Below are positions 31,708 through 41,675 of a stretch of 64,000 nucleotides of DNA, piece by piece. This stretch comes from an uncultured Chloroflexia bacterium. GTDB taxonomy: Bacteria > Chloroflexota > Limnocylindria > Limnocylindrales > CSP1-4. The first letter of the stretch is position 1, and every line of letters begins with the position of its first letter. The notes below the pieces were generated by a model. That model ran no database searches and had not been told where the DNA came from. It was given only the letters and a program-made list of their open reading frames with translations. The DNA is taken from the NCBI GenBank assembly GCA_963746845.1, contig CAVVCZ010000002.1, forward strand, positions 64,001 through 128,000. The letters are read 5' to 3'. The position numbers were made by a program, and so were the translations under genes.

Positions 31708-32297
31708 GCCTCGGCCTCCATCGCCTTCTCGAGCGCGTTGCGGGCGGCATGCAGGCGCCACTTGGCCGTTCCGAGCGGGATGCCGAGCGACCGTGCGATC
31801 TCCGCTACCGGCCGCTCCTCGACGTGGTGGAGGATGAGGATCATCCGGTCCTTCGGCCGCAGGCGGTCGAAGGCACGCCCGATCGCATCGTTGTCGACCA
31901 TCTCGTCCATCTGCGTTCGGCCATGGACGTCCTGCGGCGGCTCCGGCTGTGAGCTCTCCGCGCCGGCGTCGGCCGGCCGAACCCGGACCTCGCGGAGCCG
32001 GACCCGATGCCGGCGCGCCGACACCGCGGTGTTCGCCACGATCCGGTTGAGCCAGCCGTCGAAGGCTGCCGAATCGCGCAGGCGGGGAAGCTGTCGCCAC
32101 GCGGCGACGAGCGCGTCCTGGGTCGCGTCGGCCGCGTCGGCGTCGTTGGACAGGATCGACCAGGCAAGCCGGTAGCAGCGATCGATCCGGGTATCGACGA
32201 GCATCGCGAATGCCGCTTCGTCGCCGGCGCGAGCGCGACGAACGAGCGCGTCATCAACCGACGTCGCTGCAATCGCCGCTGTCGTCACCGCATCCAC
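31704..32297 (-). CDS. ECF RNA polymerase sigma factor
   Basis: LVRRARAGDEAAF, AADATQD, FDGWL, GIPLGTAKWRLH. Confidence 0.93.
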   Translation of the reverse strand: MDAVTTAAIAATSVDDALVRRARAGDEAAFAMLVDTRIDRCYRLAWSILSNDADAADATQDALVAAWRQLPRLRDSAAFDGWLNRIVANTAVSARRHRVRLREVRVRPADAGAESSQPEPPQDVHGRTQMDEMVDNDAIGRAFDRLRPKDRMILILHHVEERPVAEIARSLGIPLGTAKWRLHAARNALEKAMEAEA

Positions 32298-32631
32298 GTC
32301 ACCCTCGGATCATGACCGGCGCGCGTGTCGATCGCGTTGTCGCCGGTCGATCGCTGCTGTCAGGTGTCCAGACGCCACCGATCGCGTGACGGTTGGGTCG
32401 TGACCGAGAACCGACTCCGCACGACCTCGTCATGCGGGCATCTGGGCCTGTAACCCGACCGATCCGTATGAACGTGCCAAGGCCAGCGCGCGATCCGTGT
32501 GGACGGGCTGCACCGGACATCTGGTCCAATCGTCCGCTGGCACTTCCGTACTGGTTGAAGGCTGATGTACCCTCCGGGCCCGGCGGCGGGGACTGCTGTC
32601 TGCGCCCGCCGCCATCGTCGGGGGCATCGCC

Positions 32632-33468
32632 GTGCGGACCATCGCCGTGGTCAATCGCAAGGGGGGAAGCGGCAAGACCACGACCGCGGTCAGTCTCGCC
32701 GCCGTCCTCGCTGAGCGAGGCTTGCCGACGCTGCTGATCGACCTCGATCCGCAGGGCAGCGCGTCCGCGTGGCTCGCGGATGGGCGCGACGATCGGCGGG
32801 ACCTCGCGGCATTCATCGCACCCCAGGACGCTTGGGCGATCGCCCGGCGGACGACGGTCACCGGCCTCGAGATCGTCCGCTCCTCGGCCGGACTGCTCGC
32901 GGCCGAACAGACCCAGAAGGGCGAGTGCAGCCTTCGGGTCGTCCGAGGCATCCAGGGATTGAGCCCGGACTGGGGATTCGTGATCATCGATTGCCCGCCG
33001 TCCCTCTCGTACCTCTCCGTCGGAGCCCTCATGGCCGTCCAGGAGGTGATCATTCCCGTCGAAGCTCATGCGATGGCATTGCCCGGCGTCGCGGCGGTCA
33101 TCCGTGAGATGGGACGGATCCAGTCCACGTTCAATCCGGGCCTCAGGAGCCCCCTGATCGTCGCCTGTCGAGTGAACCGGACGCTCCATGCGAGAGCAGT
33201 CGTCAACGACCTGGAACGCACCTACGGGTGGCGTGTGGCCCGAACGGCCATCCGGGAAAGCATTCGACTCGCCGAGGCCGCGGCGGTCCGTCTTCCGATC
33301 ACTGCCTACGCCCCCGAGAGCGGTGCGTCCGTCGACTATCGGATGCTCGCCGACGAGCTGATCGCGCGCGCCGAGTTCTCGGAGCCGGTCCGCCGGCCGC
33401 AGTCGCGCTGGCGCCGGTTGTTCACGCGTTCGACGCACGTGGCCGCCGCAATCCATCGCACGGGCTGA
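32632..33468 (+). CDS. ParA/Soj family ATPase
   Basis: NRKGGSGKTT, IDLDPQG, IIDCPPSL, IRESIRLAEA. Confidence 0.92.
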   Translation: MRTIAVVNRKGGSGKTTTAVSLAAVLAERGLPTLLIDLDPQGSASAWLADGRDDRRDLAAFIAPQDAWAIARRTTVTGLEIVRSSAGLLAAEQTQKGECSLRVVRGIQGLSPDWGFVIIDCPPSLSYLSVGALMAVQEVIIPVEAHAMALPGVAAVIREMGRIQSTFNPGLRSPLIVACRVNRTLHARAVVNDLERTYGWRVARTAIRESIRLAEAAAVRLPITAYAPESGASVDYRMLADELIARAEFSEPVRRPQSRWRRLFTRSTHVAAAIHRTG

Positions 33469-33472
33469 CGCG

Positions 33473-34258
33473 GTGACGCAGGACCAGGTCGTCCTCGTGA
33501 TCCTGGGCGCTCTCATCGTCCTGAACGTCAGTGTCGCGATCTGGGTCGCGCTCCGGGCTCGTCGCCGGCGACGGACCACGCCTGCGGCCGCCACCGAGGG
33601 CGGGCCCATCGCGGCCGCGGACGTCGAGGCCTTCGTCGCCGGTGTGCTGCCAGACCCGCCCGCTCCGGCTCGTCAGCCGGCGGACGCGAGTGCGGACGGG
33701 GACGGGGAGGAGGTCGTGGCTCCCGTGACCGGAAACCCGATCATGCGCGAGTCCGGTTCTGGCCCGACCCCTCCGGAATGGTCCGCCAGACTCGTGGACC
33801 CTGCGACGTGGTCCCAAACGATCCGTGAGGAATCGGCACGCCTCGCCCGGTTCGGGCATCCCGTGACGGTGGTCATGGCCGAAGTGCCGCACCTGGACGC
33901 GCTGGCCGACTGGTTCGGTCGCGACATGGCCGACCGTGTCGCCCGGGAGACGGCTCGCCTGCTCGTCGCGCAGGGTCGCAAGGCCGATCGGATCGCCCGG
34001 TTCCCTGGCGCGCGATTCGGGGTCCTGTTGGTCGAGACGGAGGAGAAGGCCGCCGGCGGCTACGTGAAGCGCGTCCGTGCAGCCGCCGATGGCTGGCTCG
34101 AGTCGGCGGGCCTCTCCACCCGGCTGTCGGTCGGTTGGGCGAGCCCAGCGGACGGAGCGGACGTCATGGCCGCAGCAGCGACTGCCGAACAACGGATGCG
34201 CGATGCCGATCGCGGCCCGGCGCTCGATGGCAACCCGGACGGGGTGGGCTGGCCGTAG
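33473..34258 (+). CDS. Membrane-anchored degenerate GGDEF-domain protein
   Basis: N-terminal TM helix; E.ARLARFGHPVTVV, R.ADRIARFPGARFGVLL.ET, LSVGWA. Confidence 0.75.
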   Translation: MTQDQVVLVILGALIVLNVSVAIWVALRARRRRRTTPAAATEGGPIAAADVEAFVAGVLPDPPAPARQPADASADGDGEEVVAPVTGNPIMRESGSGPTPPEWSARLVDPATWSQTIREESARLARFGHPVTVVMAEVPHLDALADWFGRDMADRVARETARLLVAQGRKADRIARFPGARFGVLLVETEEKAAGGYVKRVRAAADGWLESAGLSTRLSVGWASPADGADVMAAAATAEQRMRDADRGPALDGNPDGVGWP

Positions 34259-34432
34259 ACGCGGAGCCATGCTCGGACTCCTGCCTGACCGGGATCCGAC
34301 GCGACGCGGTGGAGCTGGGCGACCGTCGGCCCCTGCCGACGGGTCGGATGGCCCTTCCGTCGACGCTTGGTCAGGTCCGACGATCGGGACCCGCGAGGCG
34401 CTCGCTGCCGCGCGGACCTGGAGGCTTCGGCC

Positions 34433-34903
34433 ATGGTCACCAACTCGATCGCCCATCAGCATGCCATCGATGCCATCCCGAGGCCCGAGCTGCGCGGGTT
34501 CGGCCTGATCACGATCGCCCTGCTCGTCCTGCTCGGGTTCGGGGCCCTCGCCGGGGGGATTGCCCTGGTGATGCGACCGGACGGCAGCGTCATGGGGTTC
34601 AATGTGACGCTTCTCGCGGGCAGCCCGTTCGCCGACTTCACCGGTCCGGGTCTGATCCTCGGCGGCCTGTTCGGCATCGGCGCGTTCGCCGTCGCAGCGA
34701 TGGGGATCGTCCGCCTCCGCGTGGCGCCCTTCCTCGCGTTCGCGATCGGCTGCGGTCAGATGATCTGGATCGTCGTCGAGCTCGCGATCATCCGCGAGCT
34801 GAGCTTCCTGCACCCGACGTTCTTCGGCATCGGACTGCTGATCGCGGCGACCGCGGTGCCGTGGGGCTGGCCGACCCTCCGCGCCTGGCGCGCCACTCGC
34901 TAG
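34433..34903 (+). CDS. Four-TM membrane protein
   Basis: GALAGG..L...PDG, SPFADF..PGLIL, WIVVE. Confidence 0.75.
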   Translation: MVTNSIAHQHAIDAIPRPELRGFGLITIALLVLLGFGALAGGIALVMRPDGSVMGFNVTLLAGSPFADFTGPGLILGGLFGIGAFAVAAMGIVRLRVAPFLAFAIGCGQMIWIVVELAIIRELSFLHPTFFGIGLLIAATAVPWGWPTLRAWRATR

Positions 34904-34934
34904 CGACGGCCGACGACCGACCGTCGCCACCTGC

Positions 34935-36083
34935 TCACAGCCAGCCGCGGGCCCTGAAGATCAACCACAGCGTGACGCTCGTCAGCAGCATCAGGCCCAG
35001 GGCGTAGAGATAGCCGTACTGCCAGTCGAGCTCGGGCATGTTGGCGAAGTTCATGCCGTAGACCGTCCCGACGAGCGTTGGTGCGAACAGGATCGCCGCC
35101 CACGCCGAGACCCGCTTGACCTCCTCGTTCTGGTCGAAGCTGGCCTCGGTCAGCCGCTTGATTTCCTCGTTCTGGGCCTGGTTCACGAGGGTTGCATTGA
35201 CGGTCAGGATGTCGCTGAGCGACTGGCGGAAGGCGGCGACCCGCTCGGTGACCGTCGTGGCATGGTCGCCGACGTCACGCAGGTAGCGCTGGAGCTCCTC
35301 GTCCGTCCCGTACTTGTCGAAGCCGGCGGCAAGCGCGTCCAGCATCGGCTGGAGGGACCGCGTCGCCCGCTGGAACTCGATCACCTCCTGCGACAGCTCG
35401 TAGATCCGTCGTGACACCTTCGGGTCGCCCTGGAACACCTGGCCTTCGATCTCGTCGATGTCCTTCTGCAGTCCGGCGACGACCGGCGCGTAGCCGTCGA
35501 CGACACTATCGAAGATCGCGTACAGCACGGCCTCGGGGCCACGGGCGAGGAGCTCCGGGTCGTCCTCCATCCGGTGGCGGACGACGCCGAGGTCCGGCGT
35601 CCGGCTGTGGCGGACCGTCAGGACGAAGTTCGACCCGACGAAGACGTGGATCTCGCCGAACTCGACCTCCTCGACGTCGTCGAGATAGGTGGCCGCCCGG
35701 AGCACGACGAACAGCGTGTCGCCATATCGTTCGAGCTTGGGTCGCTGGTGAGCGACGATGGCGTCCTCGACGGCAAGCTCGTGCAGCCCGAACTCCTCGG
35801 CGACAGGGAGCAGCTGTGCCTCCGCCGGCCGGAACAGCCCGATCCAGCCCATCGTCCCGGGTTGGTCGCGCAGTCGCCGCGCGGTTTCGGCAACGGTCGT
35901 CGGCGTGTCGATGCGGCGGCCGTCGCGGTAGATGGCGGTGTCGACGAGGCTCTGCTCGACCGGCGCCGCGACATCCTCCGGGCGGGCCTCCATGGCCACC
36001 TCGGGGGCCGCCTCATGCGTTCGATGGTCGTGGGCGCGCGGGCGTCGCGTTGGGAGCTGGAAGCGCGGGCGTCGCTCCGTCAT
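34935..36083 (-). CDS. corA: CorA family Mg/Co transporter
   Basis: HQRPKLE, YLRDV.DH, PTLVGTVYGMNF..MPEL.W.YGY. Confidence 0.95.
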   Translation of the reverse strand: MTERRPRFQLPTRRPRAHDHRTHEAAPEVAMEARPEDVAAPVEQSLVDTAIYRDGRRIDTPTTVAETARRLRDQPGTMGWIGLFRPAEAQLLPVAEEFGLHELAVEDAIVAHQRPKLERYGDTLFVVLRAATYLDDVEEVEFGEIHVFVGSNFVLTVRHSRTPDLGVVRHRMEDDPELLARGPEAVLYAIFDSVVDGYAPVVAGLQKDIDEIEGQVFQGDPKVSRRIYELSQEVIEFQRATRSLQPMLDALAAGFDKYGTDEELQRYLRDVGDHATTVTERVAAFRQSLSDILTVNATLVNQAQNEEIKRLTEASFDQNEEVKRVSAWAAILFAPTLVGTVYGMNFANMPELDWQYGYLYALGLMLLTSVTLWLIFRARGWL

Positions 36084-36276
36084 GTGACACTCCCTCCCGA
36101 GGTCCCCATGGACCTGTCTTCTCTTCCTTGCAAGCCCCGTGGTGGACCCGTTGGCGAGGGAAGAGACCCTACCATCGGTCTGACCGCTTCGAACCCGGTC
36201 GACGCGGAGCAGCCGGCGCCTGCGAACGGGCGGCCCAGCTCCTGGCCAGAGGAGGCCTGGACACCTTCGGTAGTGG

Positions 36277-36326
36277 TTGACGCAACCCAACGGTTGCTAT
36301 ATTGTCAGTAGCAACCGAATGGTTGC
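36277..36326 (+). promoter_or_regulatory. Promoter with two palindromic operators (probably for the ArsR regulator)
   Basis: TTGACG at 36277; GCAACC-N4-GGTTGC at 36282-36297 and again at 36311-36326. Confidence 0.8.
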
Positions 36327-36346
36327 GATGCACCCCGGAGGCTGTC

Positions 36347-36784
36347 ATGGGTTTTCCAGATCGAATCGAGCGGACCGTCGAGATCGCGCATCCGCCGGCC
36401 ATTGTGTGGGCGGCGTTGACCACGGCCGAGGGCCTCGGCACCTGGTTCGGCGACGCGGCGACGGTCGATCTGCGGCCCGGCGGCGCGGCCGAGATGACCT
36501 GGACAAGCGGCGACACGGCGTCGCTGCGCATCGAACGCGTCGAAGAGCCGAGGGTCTTCGGGTTCACCTGGGGCATCTACGGCCTGCCCGACGACGATCC
36601 GCGCCACACCTACGTCGAGTTCACGCTCGAGCCGACCAGCGCGGGCACTCGCTTGACCGTCATCGAATCGGGCTTCGCGCAACTGCCGGACGACAGCTAT
36701 CGCACGGCGTTCGAAGCCAACACCGACGGCTGGGCCAGTGAGCTGGGCGAGCTGGTCGAGTACCTCGATGCCGTCGCGGCCTGA
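36347..36784 (+). CDS. SRPBCC/AHSA1 domain protein
   Basis: IERTVEI..P...VWAALT, DLRPGG, TRLTVIESGF, GW..EL. Confidence 0.9.
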   Translation: MGFPDRIERTVEIAHPPAIVWAALTTAEGLGTWFGDAATVDLRPGGAAEMTWTSGDTASLRIERVEEPRVFGFTWGIYGLPDDDPRHTYVEFTLEPTSAGTRLTVIESGFAQLPDDSYRTAFEANTDGWASELGELVEYLDAVAA

Positions 36785-37151
36785 CATCGAGGCCGTTGCC
36801 GAGGAGGTCTTCACCGCCCTGGCCGACCCGAGCCGGCGGGCGATCCTGGCCGCACTCGCGGCCGGCGGGCCCGCCACAGCCACGGATCTGGCCGCTCGCC
36901 TGCCCATCACCCGTCAGGCCATCGCCAAGCACCTGGCACTGCTGGCCGAGGCGGGGCTGGTGGCTGCCGAACCGGGAGAGCGGCGCCGGGTGCGCTACCG
37001 GCTTCGCTCCGCTCCGATGCAGGTGGCGCAACAGTTCCTGGCCGCCCTGGCCCGGGATTGGGACCAGCAGCTGGAAGCGCTCCAGGACCACCTCGACGCC
37101 GTCGTGACCGTTCAGCCCACGCGAAGGAACAAGGGAAAGAAGCAGTCATGA
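36768..37151 (+). CDS. ArsR/SmtB family regulator
   Basis: VFTALADPSRRAIL, ITRQAIAKHL..L.EAGLV. Confidence 0.92.
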   Translation: MPSRPDIEAVAEEVFTALADPSRRAILAALAAGGPATATDLAARLPITRQAIAKHLALLAEAGLVAAEPGERRRVRYRLRSAPMQVAQQFLAALARDWDQQLEALQDHLDAVVTVQPTRRNKGKKQS

Positions 37152-37954
37152 ACAACGACGCCTCAACTGCCTGGATCCGCCCCCCGGAGTGGCTTCCAGA
37201 TCGACAATCCGTGGCTGGTCACCGGTACGGAACGCGAGAAGAGTGGGCGGCCGCGCGCGAGGACTTGCTTGCCCGCGAGAAGGAGCACACGAGACTGGGC
37301 GACGAGTTGGCGCGCCAGCGACGCGCGCTACCGTGGGTCCGCGTCGAGAAGGACTACTGCCTCGACACCGACGACGGCCCGCGGGGGCTTGCAGAGCTCT
37401 TCGATGGCCGCAGTCAGCTCCTCATCTACCACTTCATGTTCGGCCCGAGCTACCAGGACGGCTGCCCGATCAACTCGTCGATCGCCGACAGTGTCAATGG
37501 CCTCATCCCGCACCTGAACGGGCGCGACGTGACGATGCTCCTCGTTTCGGGGGCTCCGCTCGAGCAGCTGCAGGCGTACAAGCGGCGCATGGGCTGGAGC
37601 GTCCCCTGGGCGTCATCGGCCAATAGCGAGTTCAACCTCGACCTCGGCTACTCGATCAGCGAGGAACAGGCCAGCGCATGGGTTGCGAACAACCTCGGGT
37701 CCCTGCCGCCGATCGTCGACCGCAATGCCGGCGCGAGCGGCACCGACGTCGCCGGGTACCTGACGGAGAGCCCGGGGTTCAGCGCCTTCGCCCTGGAAGA
37801 CGGGGTCGTCTATCAGACCTATCAGACCTGGTGGCGTGGGCTCGAGTTCCTGATGGGCTACTACCCGATCCTCGACCGGGCGCCGAAGGGCCGTGACGAG
37901 GACGCCGGGTGGCAGCTCTGGATCCGCCGCCACGACGAATACGACAGCCAGTGA
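37148..37954 (+). CDS. DUF899 family thioredoxin-like protein
   Basis: RRALPWV, LFDGRSQLLIYHFM, YKRRMGW, LDRAPKGRDE, RRHDEY. Confidence 0.92.
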   Translation: MNNDASTAWIRPPEWLPDRQSVAGHRYGTREEWAAAREDLLAREKEHTRLGDELARQRRALPWVRVEKDYCLDTDDGPRGLAELFDGRSQLLIYHFMFGPSYQDGCPINSSIADSVNGLIPHLNGRDVTMLLVSGAPLEQLQAYKRRMGWSVPWASSANSEFNLDLGYSISEEQASAWVANNLGSLPPIVDRNAGASGTDVAGYLTESPGFSAFALEDGVVYQTYQTWWRGLEFLMGYYPILDRAPKGRDEDAGWQLWIRRHDEYDSQ

Positions 37955-38013
37955 AACCACGAAGGAGACGCCACGGAAAGGAGGATCGTCTCGGTGTGCG
38001 CCGAGAACCGAGC

Positions 38014-38072
38014 GTGGAGCCCGATGAAACGCACCAGATTCACGAGCTGCTCGACCGCTGAGTGATGTCGGC
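38014..38072 (-). repeat. Decayed copy E of tRNA-Thr(CGT)
   Basis: AGCTGCTCgACCGCTGAGtgATGTCGGC (38045-38072) plus flank GCCGCTCAAGAAGAGCCGATG; TGGAGCC at 38014 matches the tRNA 3' end. Confidence 0.75.
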
Positions 38073-38095
38073 GCCGCTCAAGAAGAGCCGATGGG

Positions 38096-38890
38096 TCAGG
38101 GCTTGATTCGGATCGAGTCCACGATCGCCTTGAGCTCCGAGCGGTGTTTCGCCGACGTGCCCGGGTAGTCCGTGCTCTGGACCACGAAGCGGAGGCCATC
38201 CACGTCGAGGATCCAGAGATGCCACTGGTGGCTCGGCCCCTGGGCGAAGATGCCGGGGTCCCAGGGACGGTAGACCTCGCACTTGGAGAGATCGGCCGGC
38301 ACCTGCAGGTCGATGTACTTGCCGGCGTATCCGGCCAGGGTGACGTCGACAGGATCCGATGCATCCAGCAGTGGATGACCCGCGATGGCGTTGGCCAAGT
38401 CGTCGACGCTCGGCCCGACCTCGATGTCCGGCGGGATCGCGTGCTCGGCCTTCGTGCACGGATCACTCAGCAGCCAGGCGCCCCTGCCGACGAGCAGACC
38501 GGCCCCGTCGGGCGCCCCATTCCCCTTCTCGGCCAACCAGATCGTGCCCGCGATCCCCTCCCAGCCGTCGGGCACGGTGAGGGTCACGCGGGCGGCGTCA
38601 TGCGCGGGCGATTGGCTGCACCCTGGCTGGTGTTCGCTGCAGCCCGTGTCCCACTGCGGAATCCTGTAGGTGCCGGCCGGGAGCGGGCCATCGGGGATCG
38701 AGGCCACTCCGGGGCTGGCTGCCGGGCTGGGTGGGCTTGTCGGGGTCGACGCGGGGACGGACGCCATGCTCGGCACAGCCAGGGTCGGCGAAGCGGACCC
38801 GCTCCCAGGCGGTTGCCCGGTCGTACAGCCGGCGATGACAAGCAGAGCGACCACGACGACGGGTGCGAACCTGCGGTTCACATCGATCAA
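38096..38890 (-). CDS. Lipoprotein of unknown function
   Basis: Lipobox IAGC, GPLPAGTY, LTVPDGW, DPC, VTLAG..GK, WILDVDG, IVDSI. Confidence 0.82.
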   Translation of the reverse strand: MIDVNRRFAPVVVVALLVIAGCTTGQPPGSGSASPTLAVPSMASVPASTPTSPPSPAASPGVASIPDGPLPAGTYRIPQWDTGCSEHQPGCSQSPAHDAARVTLTVPDGWEGIAGTIWLAEKGNGAPDGAGLLVGRGAWLLSDPCTKAEHAIPPDIEVGPSVDDLANAIAGHPLLDASDPVDVTLAGYAGKYIDLQVPADLSKCEVYRPWDPGIFAQGPSHQWHLWILDVDGLRFVVQSTDYPGTSAKHRSELKAIVDSIRIKP

Positions 38891-41675
38891 CTCTCGCCCA
38901 TCCAGCCGGACAGCCCTTCCTCATTGATGTGGATCGAGCCCGAGGGCGGAAAGACGGTCCACCCGATCACCCCTCCGGTGTCGGTGCCTGGTCGCGGGTT
39001 CACGAAGATCGACCATCCACCCGCGTCCGTCGCGGGCACGTGAAAGGTCACATCCACGGTGGTGCCGGGTAGCACGACACTCGGGGTCGCGGACCCGACG
39101 ACCTTTCCCATGAGGCCCTGATCGCTTTCCTCGGCGACGACCAACGTCGCGGGTCGAGAACTGCTGTTGCTGACCCGGATCTTCCAGGGCCGTCCGCCAG
39201 GCCCCGCCGAGGTAGGACCGGAGTCGGGCTCGGAGTCGCGGTCGGGATCGGGGTCTGGGTCGGGATCGGGAGGGCTGCCACGGCGGGTGGCGGCGACACG
39301 CCGCGAGGCACATACAGCTCCGCCATGCCCGACGCAACACACGCCCCGTTCAGGCAGTCCCGGCCGCCTGCCACGAAGACGGTCCCATCGAGCAGCAGCG
39401 TTGGACGAGAGTCGTGCCCCCGGAGCGGGTACCCGGTTGTGGTCCAGGACCCGGTGTCCGGGTCGTACAGCTCGGCACCGTAGTCATCCGCCACCAGCAC
39501 CATGCCATCGGACAACAGCGTGGCCGAACCGTAGTACGCGCTCGGTCTGGCGAAGCCCTCAGTGGGGGTCCAGGTCCCGCTCGCCGGGTCGTACACCTCG
39601 GCCGTCATCACATACCCGGACTCGGTCACCCAGTCGTTGCCCATCACGAGCACCTTGCCGTCGCGTAGCAGCGTGGCTCTGGCCCCTGCCTTGGGACTGT
39701 GCATGCTCCCCGTCGCGGCCCACGTCCCCGTGTCCGGATCGTAGAGCTCGGCCGTGTCGAATCGTTGATTGTCGGTGCCGCCACCCGCGACGAGGACACG
39801 GCCATCGGACAGCAGGACGGCCGCGCCGCCGCGGCGCCGCAGGAAGCCCTTCGGCGGAGCGATCATGCTCCCGGTGGCGGCCCAGGTCCCGCTGTCGGGG
39901 TCGTACAGCTGGGCGCCCTCGCGACCCGCCACCAGCACCCTCCCGTCGAGCAGTCGCGTCGCCGAGAGCCAGCAATCATCCCTGATTGCCACCTTTCCGG
40001 TGGCGGACCATGTCCCAGTGGCCGGGTCGTACACCTCTGCGCCAAGGGTCAGGCTGTCGGCGTCAGGGTCGTCGACGACCCCCACGAGCACCTTGCCGTC
40101 GCGCAGCAACGTGGCCGCGAAGCATCGCGGGGGCTTGGCCATGCTCCCGGTGGCGGCCCAGGTCCCGGTGTCCGGGTCGTACAACTCCGCGGAGGTGTCG
40201 TTCTCGTCGCCGTTGCCGCCGCCCACCACGAGCACCCGGCCATCAAGCAGCCGAACCGACATGTGGCCGGAGCGAGGCGTACCCATCGTCCCGGTGGCGA
40301 TCCAGGCGCCGGTCGCAGGGGTAGCCGCCAACGCAGGTGGTGGCGAGGCGCCGGCCGGGATGTACAACTCGGCTGAGCCCCCGCTTCCCGCCACGAGGAC
40401 CGTGCCATCGAGCAACAACGTGGCGGAGCCCTCGGTGGGCATGACCATCTTCTCGGTGAACGTCCAGGTCCCGCGGTCGGGGTCGTAGATCTCGGCGCCA
40501 CTGGCATCCCCGACGAGCACCTTGCCGTCGTCCAGCACAGTGGCCGGGAAGCGAGTGTGTGTGTTGAGCATGCTTCCGGTGGCGGACCAGGTCCCCGTGG
40601 CCGGGTCGTACACCTCCGCGGACGTGTCGTCTTGATCGTCGTTGGCGCCGCCCACCACGAGCACCCGGCCATCGAGCAGCGGCACCGCGAGGTGTTCCAC
40701 GCGAGGCGTCCCCATCGTTCCGGTGGCGACCCACGTGCCCGTGCCCGGATCGTAGAGAGCCGCCCGGTCCCCGTCCCGAGTCGTGTCCTCGCCGCCTGCC
40801 ACGAGCACCTTGCCATCGAGCAGCGTGATCGGCGTCGGGATGTCCACGGGCGGTGTCAGCTGCCCCGTGGCGGTCCAGGTCCCGCTGTCGGGGTCGTAGA
40901 CCTCGGACCTGCCGCCGTCGTGGACGACGAGCACCCTGCCGTCGCGCAGCAACGTGGCCTTGCCCCAGTGACTCGATCCGTCTTCGTCGATCACGGCCAT
41001 CTTTCCGGTGACGGTCCAGGCCCCGGCGTCCGGGTCGTACACCTCGGCGCCCTTCTCATCCCCCACGAGCACCTTGCCGTCGCGCAGCAACGTGGCCCCG
41101 AACGGGCCGCCTCCCGGGTGCCTGACCAGGCTTCCCGTCGCGGACCAGGTCCCGGTGTTCGGGTCGTACAACTCGGCGGAGGTGGCGCCCTTCTCGTCGT
41201 CGGCGCCGCCCACGACGAGCACCCGGCCATCTAGCAGTCGGACCGCGGTGTGGCCGGAGCGAGGCGTTCCCATCGCCCCGGTGGCGATCCAGACCCCTCC
41301 CGGAGCCGCGACCGTGGACGAGGTCGGCGCCGTCGCGCTGGGCGACGAACTTGGCGGCACGACGGCAGGTAGGCTGGGGCTGGGATGCACGCTCGGTGCC
41401 GGGCTCGGACCCCCGATCACCGCGAACACACCACCGAGTGCGACCGCCGCGACGATCGCCGCCGCGGCCAGTGTGGTTCTGAAGATGCGCCGCTGACGGC
41501 CGCGATGAATGTCGTCCAGGAGCCGACGCCGAGCCGGCCCGGTGACGGCTCTCTTGGGATGGCCGACCGCCACGGCTCGCGCAATGGCCGCAGAGTCCAC
41601 CGACTGCACGCCGCTCGTGGCGAACACCCGGACGCGCTCTCCGAACCGGTCCTCGAACGCGGTCATCTCATCCAT
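38887..41675 (-). CDS. Membrane-anchored kelch-repeat anti-sigma-like protein (frameshift near 39212)
   Basis: About 12 repeats of LLDGRVLVVGG...AELYDP.TGTW.ATG; the C-terminal domain continues in ORF 38887-39342. Confidence 0.88.

Noticed and set aside
32632-33468. ParA as evidence of a plasmid or prophage
   Set aside because: No parB, rep, phage or conjugation genes nearby.
19629-38072. Repeated 33-37 bp sequence as a CRISPR array
   Set aside because: The repeats are tRNA halves separated by 2-10 kb of genes, and no cas genes are present.
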